64,000 nucleotides of DNA from an uncultured Chthonomonadaceae bacterium (GTDB taxonomy: Bacteria; Armatimonadota; Chthonomonadetes; Chthonomonadales; Chthonomonadaceae): the NCBI GenBank assembly GCA_963817895.1, contig CAWFQB010000014.1, positions 713,680 to 777,679 on the forward strand, read 5' to 3'. Position 1 is the stretch's first letter; every line of letters begins with the position of its first letter. Of the stretch, positions 29,128-38,904 are shown piece by piece. The notes beneath the pieces are model-generated. The model had not been told where the DNA came from. It searched no databases and saw only the letters and a program-made list of their open reading frames with translations. Made by a program: the position numbers and the translations under genes.

Positions 29128-30564
29128 ATGATTTGGAAATTTCGCTTTACAGGCAGGCGGCTTGCGCGGTTTGTCACTACAGCATCCCTGCTGTTCACGT
29201 TGTGCCAACTCTCCCATAGCGCGTCTGCGCAGGGCGAACCGACGCCTTCGAGCGGCAATCCGCAAAAGCCGACGCAGCCCGAATCTCCCACCCTGCCGCC
29301 CCGCGCCCTGCTTCCTTATGAACTCGGCTTACAGGCAACCCTCATAGATCAGCAGTTGTTCAAGTTTCACAGCCCGTATTCGGGGCCGCTCAGTCTGCGT
29401 TCCCGCAACGAAAACGAGAAATCCGATACCTATACGTTGTATCTCGGCGTACAGTTGACGCCGGGATTGGAAGCGTTTCTGAACCCGGAAATGGCGCGGG
29501 GCAACGGGCTGAGTACCGCAACCGGGCTGGCGGGGTTCACGAATGGCGACGTGATTCGTAACCCCACGCTCGGACAGCAACCCTATCTCGGACGCTATCT
29601 GCTGCGCGGCACAATCCCCGTCGGCAAAGGGGAAGAAGAGATTCAACCGGGTGAAAACCAGATCGCCGGCACGAAACGCCCCCTGCATCGGGTCGTGGTC
29701 ACACTGGGCAAATTGGGAACCAACGACATATTTGACACCAACGCTTACGCCAACAGCACCCGGACGCAATTTATGAACTGGTCGCTCATCAACAACGGCG
29801 CATTCGACTATGCGGCGGACACGCGGGGATATTCGCAGGGATTGGCGGCGGAATGGATCAACCCCAATTGGGCGTTCCGCATCGGCGCGTTTCAAATGCC
29901 CACCGAAGCCAACGGCATCAACCTTTCCGGCGATCTTATCCACAGCCGGGGCGATCAGGCCGAGGCAGAACTGCATCCGCATCTGTTGCCACATAAAAAT
30001 CCGCTTGTCCTGCGGCTGTTGGGCTATCGTAACTTCGCCCGCATGGGCGACTATCGGCTGGCGGTTGCGCAGGCGCAGCAGGCGGGAACAACGCCGGATA
30101 TTACCACGACGCGGAAGCGCGGAAATGTCAAATACGGCTTCGGCGTCAACTTCGAGCAGCCGCTTGCGGATGGCGGGAATACGGGCGTGTTCGGGCGCTA
30201 CGGCTGGAACGACGGACGAACGGAGAGTTTCGCGTATACGGAAGTAGACCGTACGCTCTCTCTTGGCGGGCAGCTTTCCGGCAGGCATTGGAAGCGCCCC
30301 GACGACCGATTGGCTCTTGCCCTTGTGCAGAACGACCTTTCGAGTCCGCACAAAGATTATCTCGCGGAAGGGGGGCAGGGCTTCCTGCTTGGGGATGGCA
30401 AACTTACCTACGGCCCGGAACAGATTCTGGAAACGTACTACTCGTTTCAAGTGGCAAAACCATTGGCCCTATCGCTGGACTACCAATTTATCAACAATCC
30501 CGGCTACAACAAAGATCGCGGCCCGCTCTCCGTATTGTCGTTTCGAGCGCATTTAGAATTCTAA
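29128..30564 (+). CDS. OprB-family outer-membrane porin (MnoP-like)
   Basis: Signal peptide, FDYAADTRGY, DYQFINNPGYNKDRGP, terminal F. Confidence 0.82.
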   Translation: MIWKFRFTGRRLARFVTTASLLFTLCQLSHSASAQGEPTPSSGNPQKPTQPESPTLPPRALLPYELGLQATLIDQQLFKFHSPYSGPLSLRSRNENEKSDTYTLYLGVQLTPGLEAFLNPEMARGNGLSTATGLAGFTNGDVIRNPTLGQQPYLGRYLLRGTIPVGKGEEEIQPGENQIAGTKRPLHRVVVTLGKLGTNDIFDTNAYANSTRTQFMNWSLINNGAFDYAADTRGYSQGLAAEWINPNWAFRIGAFQMPTEANGINLSGDLIHSRGDQAEAELHPHLLPHKNPLVLRLLGYRNFARMGDYRLAVAQAQQAGTTPDITTTRKRGNVKYGFGVNFEQPLADGGNTGVFGRYGWNDGRTESFAYTEVDRTLSLGGQLSGRHWKRPDDRLALALVQNDLSSPHKDYLAEGGQGFLLGDGKLTYGPEQILETYYSFQVAKPLALSLDYQFINNPGYNKDRGPLSVLSFRAHLEF

Positions 30565-30690
30565 AATTACGCCGACACAATCAGGTTGAATACAGACACG
30601 CTTCGTTTCAGGCAAGCCGTCAACGAATTCGCGGCGAAAACGTAGATGAGTTTACTGCACAATAGTTAAGCCTTTTGGGAAGGACGCCCC

Positions 30691-32094
30691 TTGAAGAAAA
30701 TAGACGAGCCGTTTTCAGAGCGGCAACGGCTGATGACCGTGCGGCAGGATGTGATGGAGGTAGCAAAGCAAATCCGCGCCAATCTTGCCCCGAACAGAGC
30801 GGCGGAACTGCGCGCGGTTCTGGAAACGTACCATCCCGCCGACCTTGCCGACGCCATGCTGTTTATGAGCGAGCAGGAGGATACCGCCGTTTTTCAGGCG
30901 CTCGGCACGGAAGAGGCCGCCGAAGTTCTGGACGAGGTAGACCCGGCGACGGAAGCCCGTCTGATCGGCGTCACCAACCCGGATCGTCTCGCGGATATGC
31001 TGGAATATCTTGCGCCTGACGAGGGCGCGGATGTTGTCGGCAGAATGGGACGCGAGGCCGCCGATCAGGTTTTAACTCTCACGGATACGGATACGGCGCG
31101 GGAAATCCGCTCGCTTCTCGCCTACCCGAAAGATACCGCAGGCGGCATCATGTCGCTGGGCTACGTGGATGTATTGGACACGGCAACGCAGGCGGACGCT
31201 ATCGCCCGGTTCCGCGATAAGCAGGACGCCGAGCATATCTTTTATGTCTATGTCATAAACGCGAAGGGCGGGCTTGTGGGTTCGGTAGACTTGCGGACGC
31301 TGCTTGTCGCCGCCCCGACAACACCCCTGCGTGATCTGATGTGCAGGGAGGTCGTGACCGTTACGCCGGATTGCGATCAGGAACAGGTTGCCCATGTTTT
31401 TGCCCGTTATGACCTGACCGCCCTGCCCGTCGTCAGCGCCCGCCCGGAACACAAACTTTTAGGCGTCATTACCTCCGACGACATCATTGACGTAATTCAG
31501 GAAGAGGCGGCGGAGGACGTGGCGCACATGTCCGGTTCCGACGCGCAGGAACTGGAAAACAAATCCCCTGTACAGGTGGCGAAACTGCGCCTGCCGTGGA
31601 TCATGGCGACCCTGCTCATCGAACTGCTGGCGGGCTTCGTGATTCACTATTTCGACGTGACGCTCACGAAGTATATTCTGCTGGCCTCCTTCATGCCCAT
31701 TATTTCCGCCATCTCCGGCAACACGGGCCTGCAATCCGCCGCCATTATCATTCGAGGATTGTCCAGTGGGCATGTTCAGCTTGCCCACTGGAAACACGCG
31801 GTCATACGCCAGATGGCAACAACATCTATTTTGGGCGGAGCCTGCGCGCTGACGTTAGGCATCATCGGAGCGGTGTGGGACAAACACTGGGCGTTCGGCC
31901 TAACGGTCTTCCTCGGTATGTTTATGGCGGTCAACATCGCGGGCGTGGTCGGCACGGTGGTTCCCCTGCTTTCCAAGCGGGCGGGTTTCGATCCAGCGCT
32001 CACGGCAGGCCCGTTCGAGACGGCCTTTCAGGACGTTATCGGCATCAGCATTTTCCTGAGCCTCGCTTCCCTTCTGCTCCACTGGCTGCGGTAA
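30691..32094 (+). CDS. mgtE: Magnesium transporter MgtE
   Basis: HPADLAD, TAGGIM, CBS pair, SGNTGLQ, DPALTAGPF. Confidence 0.94.
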   Translation: MKKIDEPFSERQRLMTVRQDVMEVAKQIRANLAPNRAAELRAVLETYHPADLADAMLFMSEQEDTAVFQALGTEEAAEVLDEVDPATEARLIGVTNPDRLADMLEYLAPDEGADVVGRMGREAADQVLTLTDTDTAREIRSLLAYPKDTAGGIMSLGYVDVLDTATQADAIARFRDKQDAEHIFYVYVINAKGGLVGSVDLRTLLVAAPTTPLRDLMCREVVTVTPDCDQEQVAHVFARYDLTALPVVSARPEHKLLGVITSDDIIDVIQEEAAEDVAHMSGSDAQELENKSPVQVAKLRLPWIMATLLIELLAGFVIHYFDVTLTKYILLASFMPIISAISGNTGLQSAAIIIRGLSSGHVQLAHWKHAVIRQMATTSILGGACALTLGIIGAVWDKHWAFGLTVFLGMFMAVNIAGVVGTVVPLLSKRAGFDPALTAGPFETAFQDVIGISIFLSLASLLLHWLR

Positions 32095-32098
32095 AAGA

Positions 32099-33367
32099 AT
32101 GAAGCACGTTGTTCACGTCAATGCCCACCCGGACGCGCGCCCGACGCCACTATGGGGGCGGGTTCCTCGCCATGAGTGGCCTCTGCTGTTCGCCATCTTC
32201 CTCGATCTGGCGGGCTTCGGGATGCTGCTGCCGGATGTGCAGACCCGGCTGGAAGCGTTCGGGGCGCGGGGCTGGCAGATAGGCGGCGTGTTTACGGCTT
32301 ATTTTCTGGTTCAGATGCTATGTTCGCCTGCATGGGGACAGTTGAGTGACCGCATAGGCCGCAAGCCTATTCTTATCGCGTGTGGCCTGTTGTCGGCTGG
32401 TTCCATGCTGGTCTACGCTTTGGCGCATGGCATCGGTTGGGTGCTGGCAAGCCGTATTCTGGCAGGCTTTGGCGGCGCGAACGTCGTGGTGGCACAGGCG
32501 TACCTTGCCGACGCGACGGACGAGCCGAACCGCGCAGCGGCGATGGGGCGTATGGGGGCCGCAACCACAGGGGGGCTGATCCTCGGCCCCGCGCTTGGCG
32601 GTTGGCTGGCGGCGCAGGGGAGTAATGTTCTGGTGGGCGGGGTTGCCGCAAGCGCGTCGGCGATTGGGGCCTTATGGATTTGGGTGAGCGTTCCGCGTGA
32701 CGCGCGCCCGGAAAACAGAGTAAAGCCGCGCGGGAAGTTCTTCGACCTGTCTTTGCTGCGAGACACGCGTGCCCTCCGGCCTTTGTTTGTCGTGGCGGCT
32801 CTTGCGTTTTTTGTGCTGGCCTGTCTGGAAGGGACGTTCGGACGCCTGATTCGGCACAAGTTGGGATACGGCCCGAAAGAGTTCGGCTTGATCTTCGGGT
32901 ACGAAGCGCTGTTGAGCGTTGTTGTTCAGGGTGTGCTGCTGGACAGGATTTCGCATCGGCTTGCGCCGTCCCTGCTGCTGCGGCTGGCCTATCTGCTGCA
33001 AGGCGTCGGTTTGGCGTTGATGCCGTTCATGCCCAATTTGTTCGCGCTTTTCGGGGCCAGTACGCTGTTTGCTATTGGCACGGCCTGCGCCAATCCAACC
33101 CTCAACACCTTATGCAGCGAGGCCACGCCCCTGCCCCGTCAGGGCGAGATGTTCGGCCTGCTGCAATCCACACGCTCACTCGGTTTTTTGATTGGTCCCT
33201 TGCTTGGCGGCGCGCTGTTCGACTGGCGTTCCGAAGCCCCCTACCTGCTGGCAGGCATTGTGTCTGTTGGCGTTGCCCTTGTCGCCGCCCGGAACGTCAC
33301 AGGGAGAACAGAAAATACAGTCGTTCAGCCTCAGAGCCAACAGGAGGCGCAGGATGAACAACCGTGA
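32099..33367 (+). CDS. MFS transporter (TetA/DHA1-like)
   Basis: GQLSDRIGRKP, GPALGG, about 12 TM segments. Confidence 0.9.
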   Translation: MKHVVHVNAHPDARPTPLWGRVPRHEWPLLFAIFLDLAGFGMLLPDVQTRLEAFGARGWQIGGVFTAYFLVQMLCSPAWGQLSDRIGRKPILIACGLLSAGSMLVYALAHGIGWVLASRILAGFGGANVVVAQAYLADATDEPNRAAAMGRMGAATTGGLILGPALGGWLAAQGSNVLVGGVAASASAIGALWIWVSVPRDARPENRVKPRGKFFDLSLLRDTRALRPLFVVAALAFFVLACLEGTFGRLIRHKLGYGPKEFGLIFGYEALLSVVVQGVLLDRISHRLAPSLLLRLAYLLQGVGLALMPFMPNLFALFGASTLFAIGTACANPTLNTLCSEATPLPRQGEMFGLLQSTRSLGFLIGPLLGGALFDWRSEAPYLLAGIVSVGVALVAARNVTGRTENTVVQPQSQQEAQDEQP

Positions 33368-33481
33368 GGCGCTACGAGACGATGGCAAATATCCGAAGCG
33401 CCAATACTTAATTCACGCTAGACCTTGACTGTGGTAAAATGAATTAGCAACATCCATCGTTCCACTTCCGTATAGGAACTT

Positions 33482-33922
33482 ATGATCGCAACGCGACACA
33501 TAATTCGGCATCTGGCAATTTGGCTGCTACTGGCGTTTCCAACGCTGGCAGCCTGTACGCCTGCTCTTGCCTCCTGCAAGGACAAAGCCGAAACCGCCCC
33601 GATGGCGAAGGCGTGTTGCGTCACCCATCCTGCGGCCTGCGCCTGCCTTTCCCCGCGCGGCGATACTTCGCGCAGCGCGGCCCACTCCGGCAGTTGCCAT
33701 GTAGGGGATTGTCCCTGCGCCGTTACGCCTGCGCCGGAGCAAACTCGTGTTCCGCAGGCGGTTGCTGTCGTGGCGTTTTCTCCGGTCATCCTCACTGCCG
33801 CGCCGGAGTTCGTGTTCCACTCGGTTTCGCGACAAAGGCTTCCTGCCACTGCCTTCAGCCAATTTTCACAGCGCATTGCGCGTTCTTCCGCCTCGCCTCG
33901 CGCCCCGCCTTTGCAGGGATGA
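33482..33922 (+). CDS. Cys/His-rich exported leader protein ending in RAPP (DUF2946/CruR/CutF-like)
   Basis: Signal peptide, CC..CAC..CHVGDCPC, C-terminal SPRAPPLQG; first gene of the copper cluster. Confidence 0.65.
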   Translation: MIATRHIIRHLAIWLLLAFPTLAACTPALASCKDKAETAPMAKACCVTHPAACACLSPRGDTSRSAAHSGSCHVGDCPCAVTPAPEQTRVPQAVAVVAFSPVILTAAPEFVFHSVSRQRLPATAFSQFSQRIARSSASPRAPPLQG

Positions 33923-34144
33923 GTTTGACTCCGTCTGCCCCAAAGCAGCCCGGATACAGCGTCAACGCACCCCGAAAAAGGCATGTCTCCTTTTCCCCAA
34001 TTTGTTATGTGTTTCGTTACGCCTTTTTGATGGCGTTGGCTTTTGTCGCCACGTTGTTTCTGCTTTCCCCTTTATAAGGAAAGCCGGAAACAGCCGTTGA
34101 TGACATAGCGGCAACCGTACGCCTGCCGCCTTGCCATAAGGATT

Positions 34145-35464
34145 ATGAAGTTGAAAAATACGAATACGGAAGATACCAAACAGGTGGGACGCCGCAAGTT
34201 TTTGTCCCGGCTGGCAGGATTGGCGGGAGCCTTCGGCGTTGGCGCGGGATTGGACGCGCAGCCCGCGCAGGGACAGGCAGCGGTCGTCAATCCCGCCGCG
34301 CCCAAAACCGACACGACTGCCGTGCCTGTGGAAAACACGCGGCATAGCGGCTGGCCCTCGCAGTTGATTGTCAACGAAACCGCGCCCAAATGGAACCCGC
34401 GCGACATGCCCAAACCGGGTGACAAGATCCATGAGTTCAACATCGAAGTCACCATCGAGAAAATCGAAATGTTGCCGCTGGAAGAGCACCACTTCTATAC
34501 GTTCAACAAAACGCTGCCCGGTCCCGGAAATCCGGGTAACAGAGGGCGATTGGGTCAAGGTCAACCTGACCAACAAGACCCATGACTTTCACACCATCCA
34601 CTGGCACGGCATGTATGTCCCGTGCGAAATGGACGGCGTGCCGTTGGGAACGCAATACCCGGTCGGCTACGGGCAGACGTTCACGTATCTGTGGAGAGCG
34701 CAGCCGGCGGGAACCCACTTCTACCACTGCCACAACATGACCAACATGCACATTCAGGCCGGACTGTACGGTTCGCTCATCATCGAGCCTGCGGAACGAG
34801 GACATTGTGCAGAAAACGTTTCCCTATGACCGCGAATACACGCTGGTATCTGAGCGAAGTGGATACGGACTTTCTGCGCGAACAGATGAACGAGATGCTG
34901 GCGATGGGCGCGACGATGGACGCCATGAACGGCTCCACCAAACTGATGTCCAAAGATGAACGGGCACATGATGGGCTGGTTCGCGGACAAGGAGGAGTTC
35001 GTCAAGGCCACCAAAAGCGGCTGGGTGCCGCCCTACCACCGCGCCCGTACCGGGCAGGGCAATGCGGATCGAGCCGAACTTCTTCATGATCAACGGCAGG
35101 CCCTATCCGATGACCGAACACCTGCACATCAAGCGCGGCGAGAATATCCGCGTCCGGCTCATCAATGCGGGCATGCTGCCCCACAACATGCACCTGCACG
35201 GCCACGACTTCTGGCATGTCTGCAGGACGGCTCGCCGCTTGCCTCGCCGGTTCGCATGAACACCGTGCCGGTCAACCCGGGCAGCACAGCCGATATTGTG
35301 ATACAGGGAACCAATCCCGGCGCGCTGGCACTTCCACGACCACAGCGACATCAGCACTGATGAACAACGGCGTGTCGCCCGGCGGCATGATGACGATGCT
35401 GATGTACGAGGACGCCGAAGAAGCGGGCTTCAAGTTCAAGGAAATCATCGCGACAAACTCGTAA
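34145..35464 (+). CDS. Tat-exported two-domain multicopper oxidase (several frameshifts)
   Basis: GRRKFL, TIHWHG, YHCHNMTNMHIQAGL, HNMHLHGH, WHFHDH. Confidence 0.85.
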
Positions 35465-35536
35465 GCCGACGTGAGGCCCGTTCTCTCCATCTTGGGAGAA
35501 GGGGCGAGGGGTTGAGGGCGATTACCAACAGGCAAG

Positions 35537-36792
35537 ATGACAAATACAAGGAGACAGGGCTTGAAGAAGAACCGACACGGAGCGGCGTTGCTGGCGCTTG
35601 CCGCCGCGCTCCTCCCCGGCATGGCGCAGGGACAGGCGCAGCAGACGCCCATCCCGGAGCAGCCGAGCGTTGCCCCGCAGATCGAACTGGACGGCACGGG
35701 CATCGGCACACTGGAGTACCATTCGCCGCGCATCACGCTTGCCCGGCGGCGCGCGTTCCAGCACCAGCCGGATCAATGTATCCGACTCGGCGCTGCTGTT
35801 GGGCATTTCGGAGCGGCTGGCGCGCAAGGGCGGCATCGGCAGTTTCGTGGTGGGCCTGACCTCCACGGAATCGAACCGCGCGCCCAGCGGCACGGATGCG
35901 TTTCTGCACCAGTTGTATCTGAACTACCAGACCAACAAACTGGAAGCCTATATCGGGCGCACGGATACAGGGACGCGGCTTGTGGATTTCCCGACTGTGC
36001 GCGGCGACGATCTGAACGAGTTCGTCAACGTGCTGGACCCGTTTTCCAACGGCAACAACATACAGGAGCATCGCTATACCAATCAGGCAACGGTCGTGCT
36101 GCATGGCAGTCTGCGCTCGTCGCTGAACTTTCATGCGCAAAACCTGATTACGTCCACGCCTTCCTCAGTCGGACAGGGAGGCATCAATTCTACGGCATCG
36201 CCTACCAGTATCAGGAACTGGCGGCGCTGGAAGCGCTGAAAAAGGTGCCGTTGTGGGGCGCGGGCTTTGAGCGGCAGGTCGCTCGGCAGGGGCGAGGGCG
36301 GCGCGTCGAACGTCTTTTACGGCGGCCTCGTTTACAACATCGCGCCCGATCCGGTAGACCGCATCGACCTGCGCGTTCAGGACTACTATGCGTTCGGCAA
36401 CGATACGCGCGCCTTCGGCAGCGTGACGGATACCTTTCGGGGGGATGGCAACACGGTGGCGGTATCGCTGCGCTATCTGCATAGCCCGTTCGGGGTTCCC
36501 GGCTATCAGGTATCGCTCACGGCAGGCTATAAAACCTACAACAAGGTACGCGACGGCGAACACCTTCGGGCTGGCGCTCACGGGCGTGAAGCGACTGGGC
36601 AGCGGCTTCGATCTGGTCATGCAGTACCAGTACCAGAATCGGCAGTCGGCATATGCAAGCGCGTACAGCGGCGTGAGAGACGAACATTCCATGCAGGTCG
36701 GCTTTGTCTTCAACTTCAACAACACGTTCAACAAGCATCTGGGGCCGCGCCGCTCCCTGTTGAACTTGCAGCATCAGTACATTCCGGATTAA
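35537..36792 (+). CDS. Secreted, probable beta-barrel/porin-like protein (frameshifts)
   Basis: Signal peptide; alternating strand patterns (FDLVMQYQYQ, VGFVFNFN) across three frames. Confidence 0.55.
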
Positions 36793-36818
36793 GAACAACA
36801 CTGTTCGAAGAAAACATT

Positions 36819-36886
36819 GTAGGGGCGTTGCTTGCTGCGCCCAACATGGTATATGCGAGCGTGGGCGCAGCAAGCAGCGCCCCTAC
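36819..36886. repeat. GTAG-family REP doublet
   Basis: gtaggggcgttgcttgctgcgccc..gggcgcagcaagcagcgcccctac. Confidence 0.85.
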
Positions 36887-36947
36887 AACATTGTTATTGA
36901 GTGATGAGTCGGCTTGTTTGAACGGACAGCGCGAAAGCGAGAAAACC

Positions 36948-37914
36948 ATGAACATGCAATACAGACACAAACCCATTCGCCATACGATGAGCGTAACAGC
37001 ACTAGCGCTCGGCATGACGCTGCTCGTCGCCTTTGCGGGGGCGCAGGAGGTTGCGGGAGGAGCCGCGACAAAGGGGGATCGCGCCTACAAAGGGGCGATG
37101 CGGGAAATGCCGCGCCTCAAAGAGGCGGGCGTCGTAACCGTCAAGGGCGATGAGAACTGGGATGACATGCTCGGTTTCGGCAAAGATCCGATATGGCAGA
37201 GATGATGACGCTGATGATGGTGGGCGGTTCCGGCATGGAACACATGAAGATGGCGCCCATGCAGACCCGGCATGAAAATGGACATGAAGAGCATGCAGGG
37301 CATGAAGAGGGATAAGAGCAAGATGAAGGGCATGGCAATGGCGGATAAAACCATGAAGAACGTTCCCGGCGCGTCCGGGGAAAAGATGCCGGACACGTCA
37401 GCGCAGAACAAGCCGAAGCCCGACAACGCGCCGCAAAAACCGGATGCGCCTGCCGTAGCGTCAATCGCCCCTACTCCCGCCAAGCCAACCGTAGACGATA
37501 AAGCGCCTGCAAAAGCGGTGGATACGGCAAAGGCAGCGGATACGGTCAAGGCGACACCCGCGCCGGATACCGCAAAGCCCGCCGGAGACAAAACGGCGAC
37601 CGCGCAAACGCCGGGTTACAAAGTTGATGCTGAACACGGCTTCCAATGCCGTTAAAGTGGGCAAGAACATGCTGGACGTGACGGTTCTTGATCCCGACGG
37701 CAAACCTGTGACTGGCGCGAAGGTGACGGCTGCCGTAGAAATGACCAGTATGGACATGGGCGTGACGCGCCCGAAAGCGAAAGGGGACAAGGCCGGTCAT
37801 TACCTTTCCGAAGTCACGTTCAGCATGAAAGGTCCGTGGCGCGTCACCATGACCGTCACGCCGCCCAAACAGAAGCCGTTCACCAAAGCGCTCGACTTCA
37901 ACGTGCCGAAGTAG
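36948..37914 (+). CDS. Met-rich exported protein with C-terminal YtkA/FixH-like domain (frameshifts)
   Basis: MKMDMKSMQGM, P/A/K linker, DGKPVTGAKV..MTSMDMG..FSMKGPW. Confidence 0.7.
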
Positions 37915-38056
37915 CCGCACGGATGTGGCGAGTTCGCGGCGCGAAGGGAAATCAGTTCTGTTCGCGCCGCATACGACACGGAAAACAATGTCACAGCGAA
38001 CGGCACAGGCCGTTTTGTTGATAGTAAGAGGCGAAAATGTCTCGAAAGGAAGCAAC

Positions 38057-38353
38057 ATGAAACACTTGATTCTCACGCTCACCGCATTGACCGTTATCGC
38101 GGCGGCGGCGGTTGCCAGTCCCTATCAGGACAAAACTCCCAAGCCCGCCAAAACAAACACAAAGGTGACCAAAACCGCGCTGATCTGTCCCGTCACAGGC
38201 GAAAAGATCGCGTCGGCGAAAGAAGCCGTCGGCCACAGCGCGTATAAGGGCAAGACGTACTACTTCTGCTGCCCCATGTGCAAGCCGAAGTTCGACAAAG
38301 CCCCTGCCAAATATGTGAAGAACGCGAAGATGGGCAAGTTCGAGAAGATGTAG
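38057..38353 (+). CDS. YHS-domain exported protein
   Basis: CPVTGE..YKGKTYYFCCPMCKPKFDKAPAKY. Confidence 0.88.
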   Translation: MKHLILTLTALTVIAAAAVASPYQDKTPKPAKTNTKVTKTALICPVTGEKIASAKEAVGHSAYKGKTYYFCCPMCKPKFDKAPAKYVKNAKMGKFEKM

Positions 38354-38377
38354 GCACAACAGCTACAGAATGACTGG

Positions 38378-38418
38378 CAACGCGGTGAGGGGAGATTTCC
38401 CTCACCGCGTTGTTTTTG
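38378..38418 (+). terminator. Intrinsic terminator
   Basis: caacgcggtgaggg..ccctcaccgcgttg followed by a T-run. Confidence 0.75.
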
Positions 38419-38553
38419 TGGCACACAATGCTGCGCTGTATGCCGCCCTTTACGTCGGAATATAAGTGAAACACGGCAAGTTCTGGAGGTTACTCTATTG
38501 TCAGGGAGATTCATGGGAACTATACTCTCCTGCCATGCGTCTGTTATATAGGC

Positions 38554-38572
38554 TATACCCCTATGGGGTATA
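38554..38572. promoter_or_regulatory. CsoR operator
   Basis: TATACCCCTATGGGGTATA pseudo-palindrome just upstream of csoR. Confidence 0.8.
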
Positions 38573-38587
38573 CAAGTAGGAGGATAC

Positions 38588-38869
38588 ATGGCCGTCAAAG
38601 AGGAGTCGAAAGAGGATGTGCTGCGCCGCCTGAACCGCATTGAGGGGCAGGTAAAGGGGCTAAAGCGGTTGGTAGAAGAGGATACCTACTGCGTGGACGT
38701 GATGACGCAGATTTCCGCCATCCATGAAGCGCTGCGCGGGGCCGGCAAAATCCTGATGCGGAACCACTTGCAGCATTGCGTGACGGACGCGCTTCGTGAC
38801 GGCGATGAGGACAAGGCCGAAAAGACCTATCAGGAAATGATGGACTTGATTTACAAGTTTGCGAAGTAG
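38588..38869 (+). CDS. csoR: Copper-sensing repressor CsoR
   Basis: [21 protein letters not shown]. Confidence 0.92.
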   Translation: MAVKEESKEDVLRRLNRIEGQVKGLKRLVEEDTYCVDVMTQISAIHEALRGAGKILMRNHLQHCVTDALRDGDEDKAEKTYQEMMDLIYKFAK

Positions 38870-38904
38870 CCCTTTGTTGGGTTGTTTGGGAAAGTGAGCG
38901 AGAA

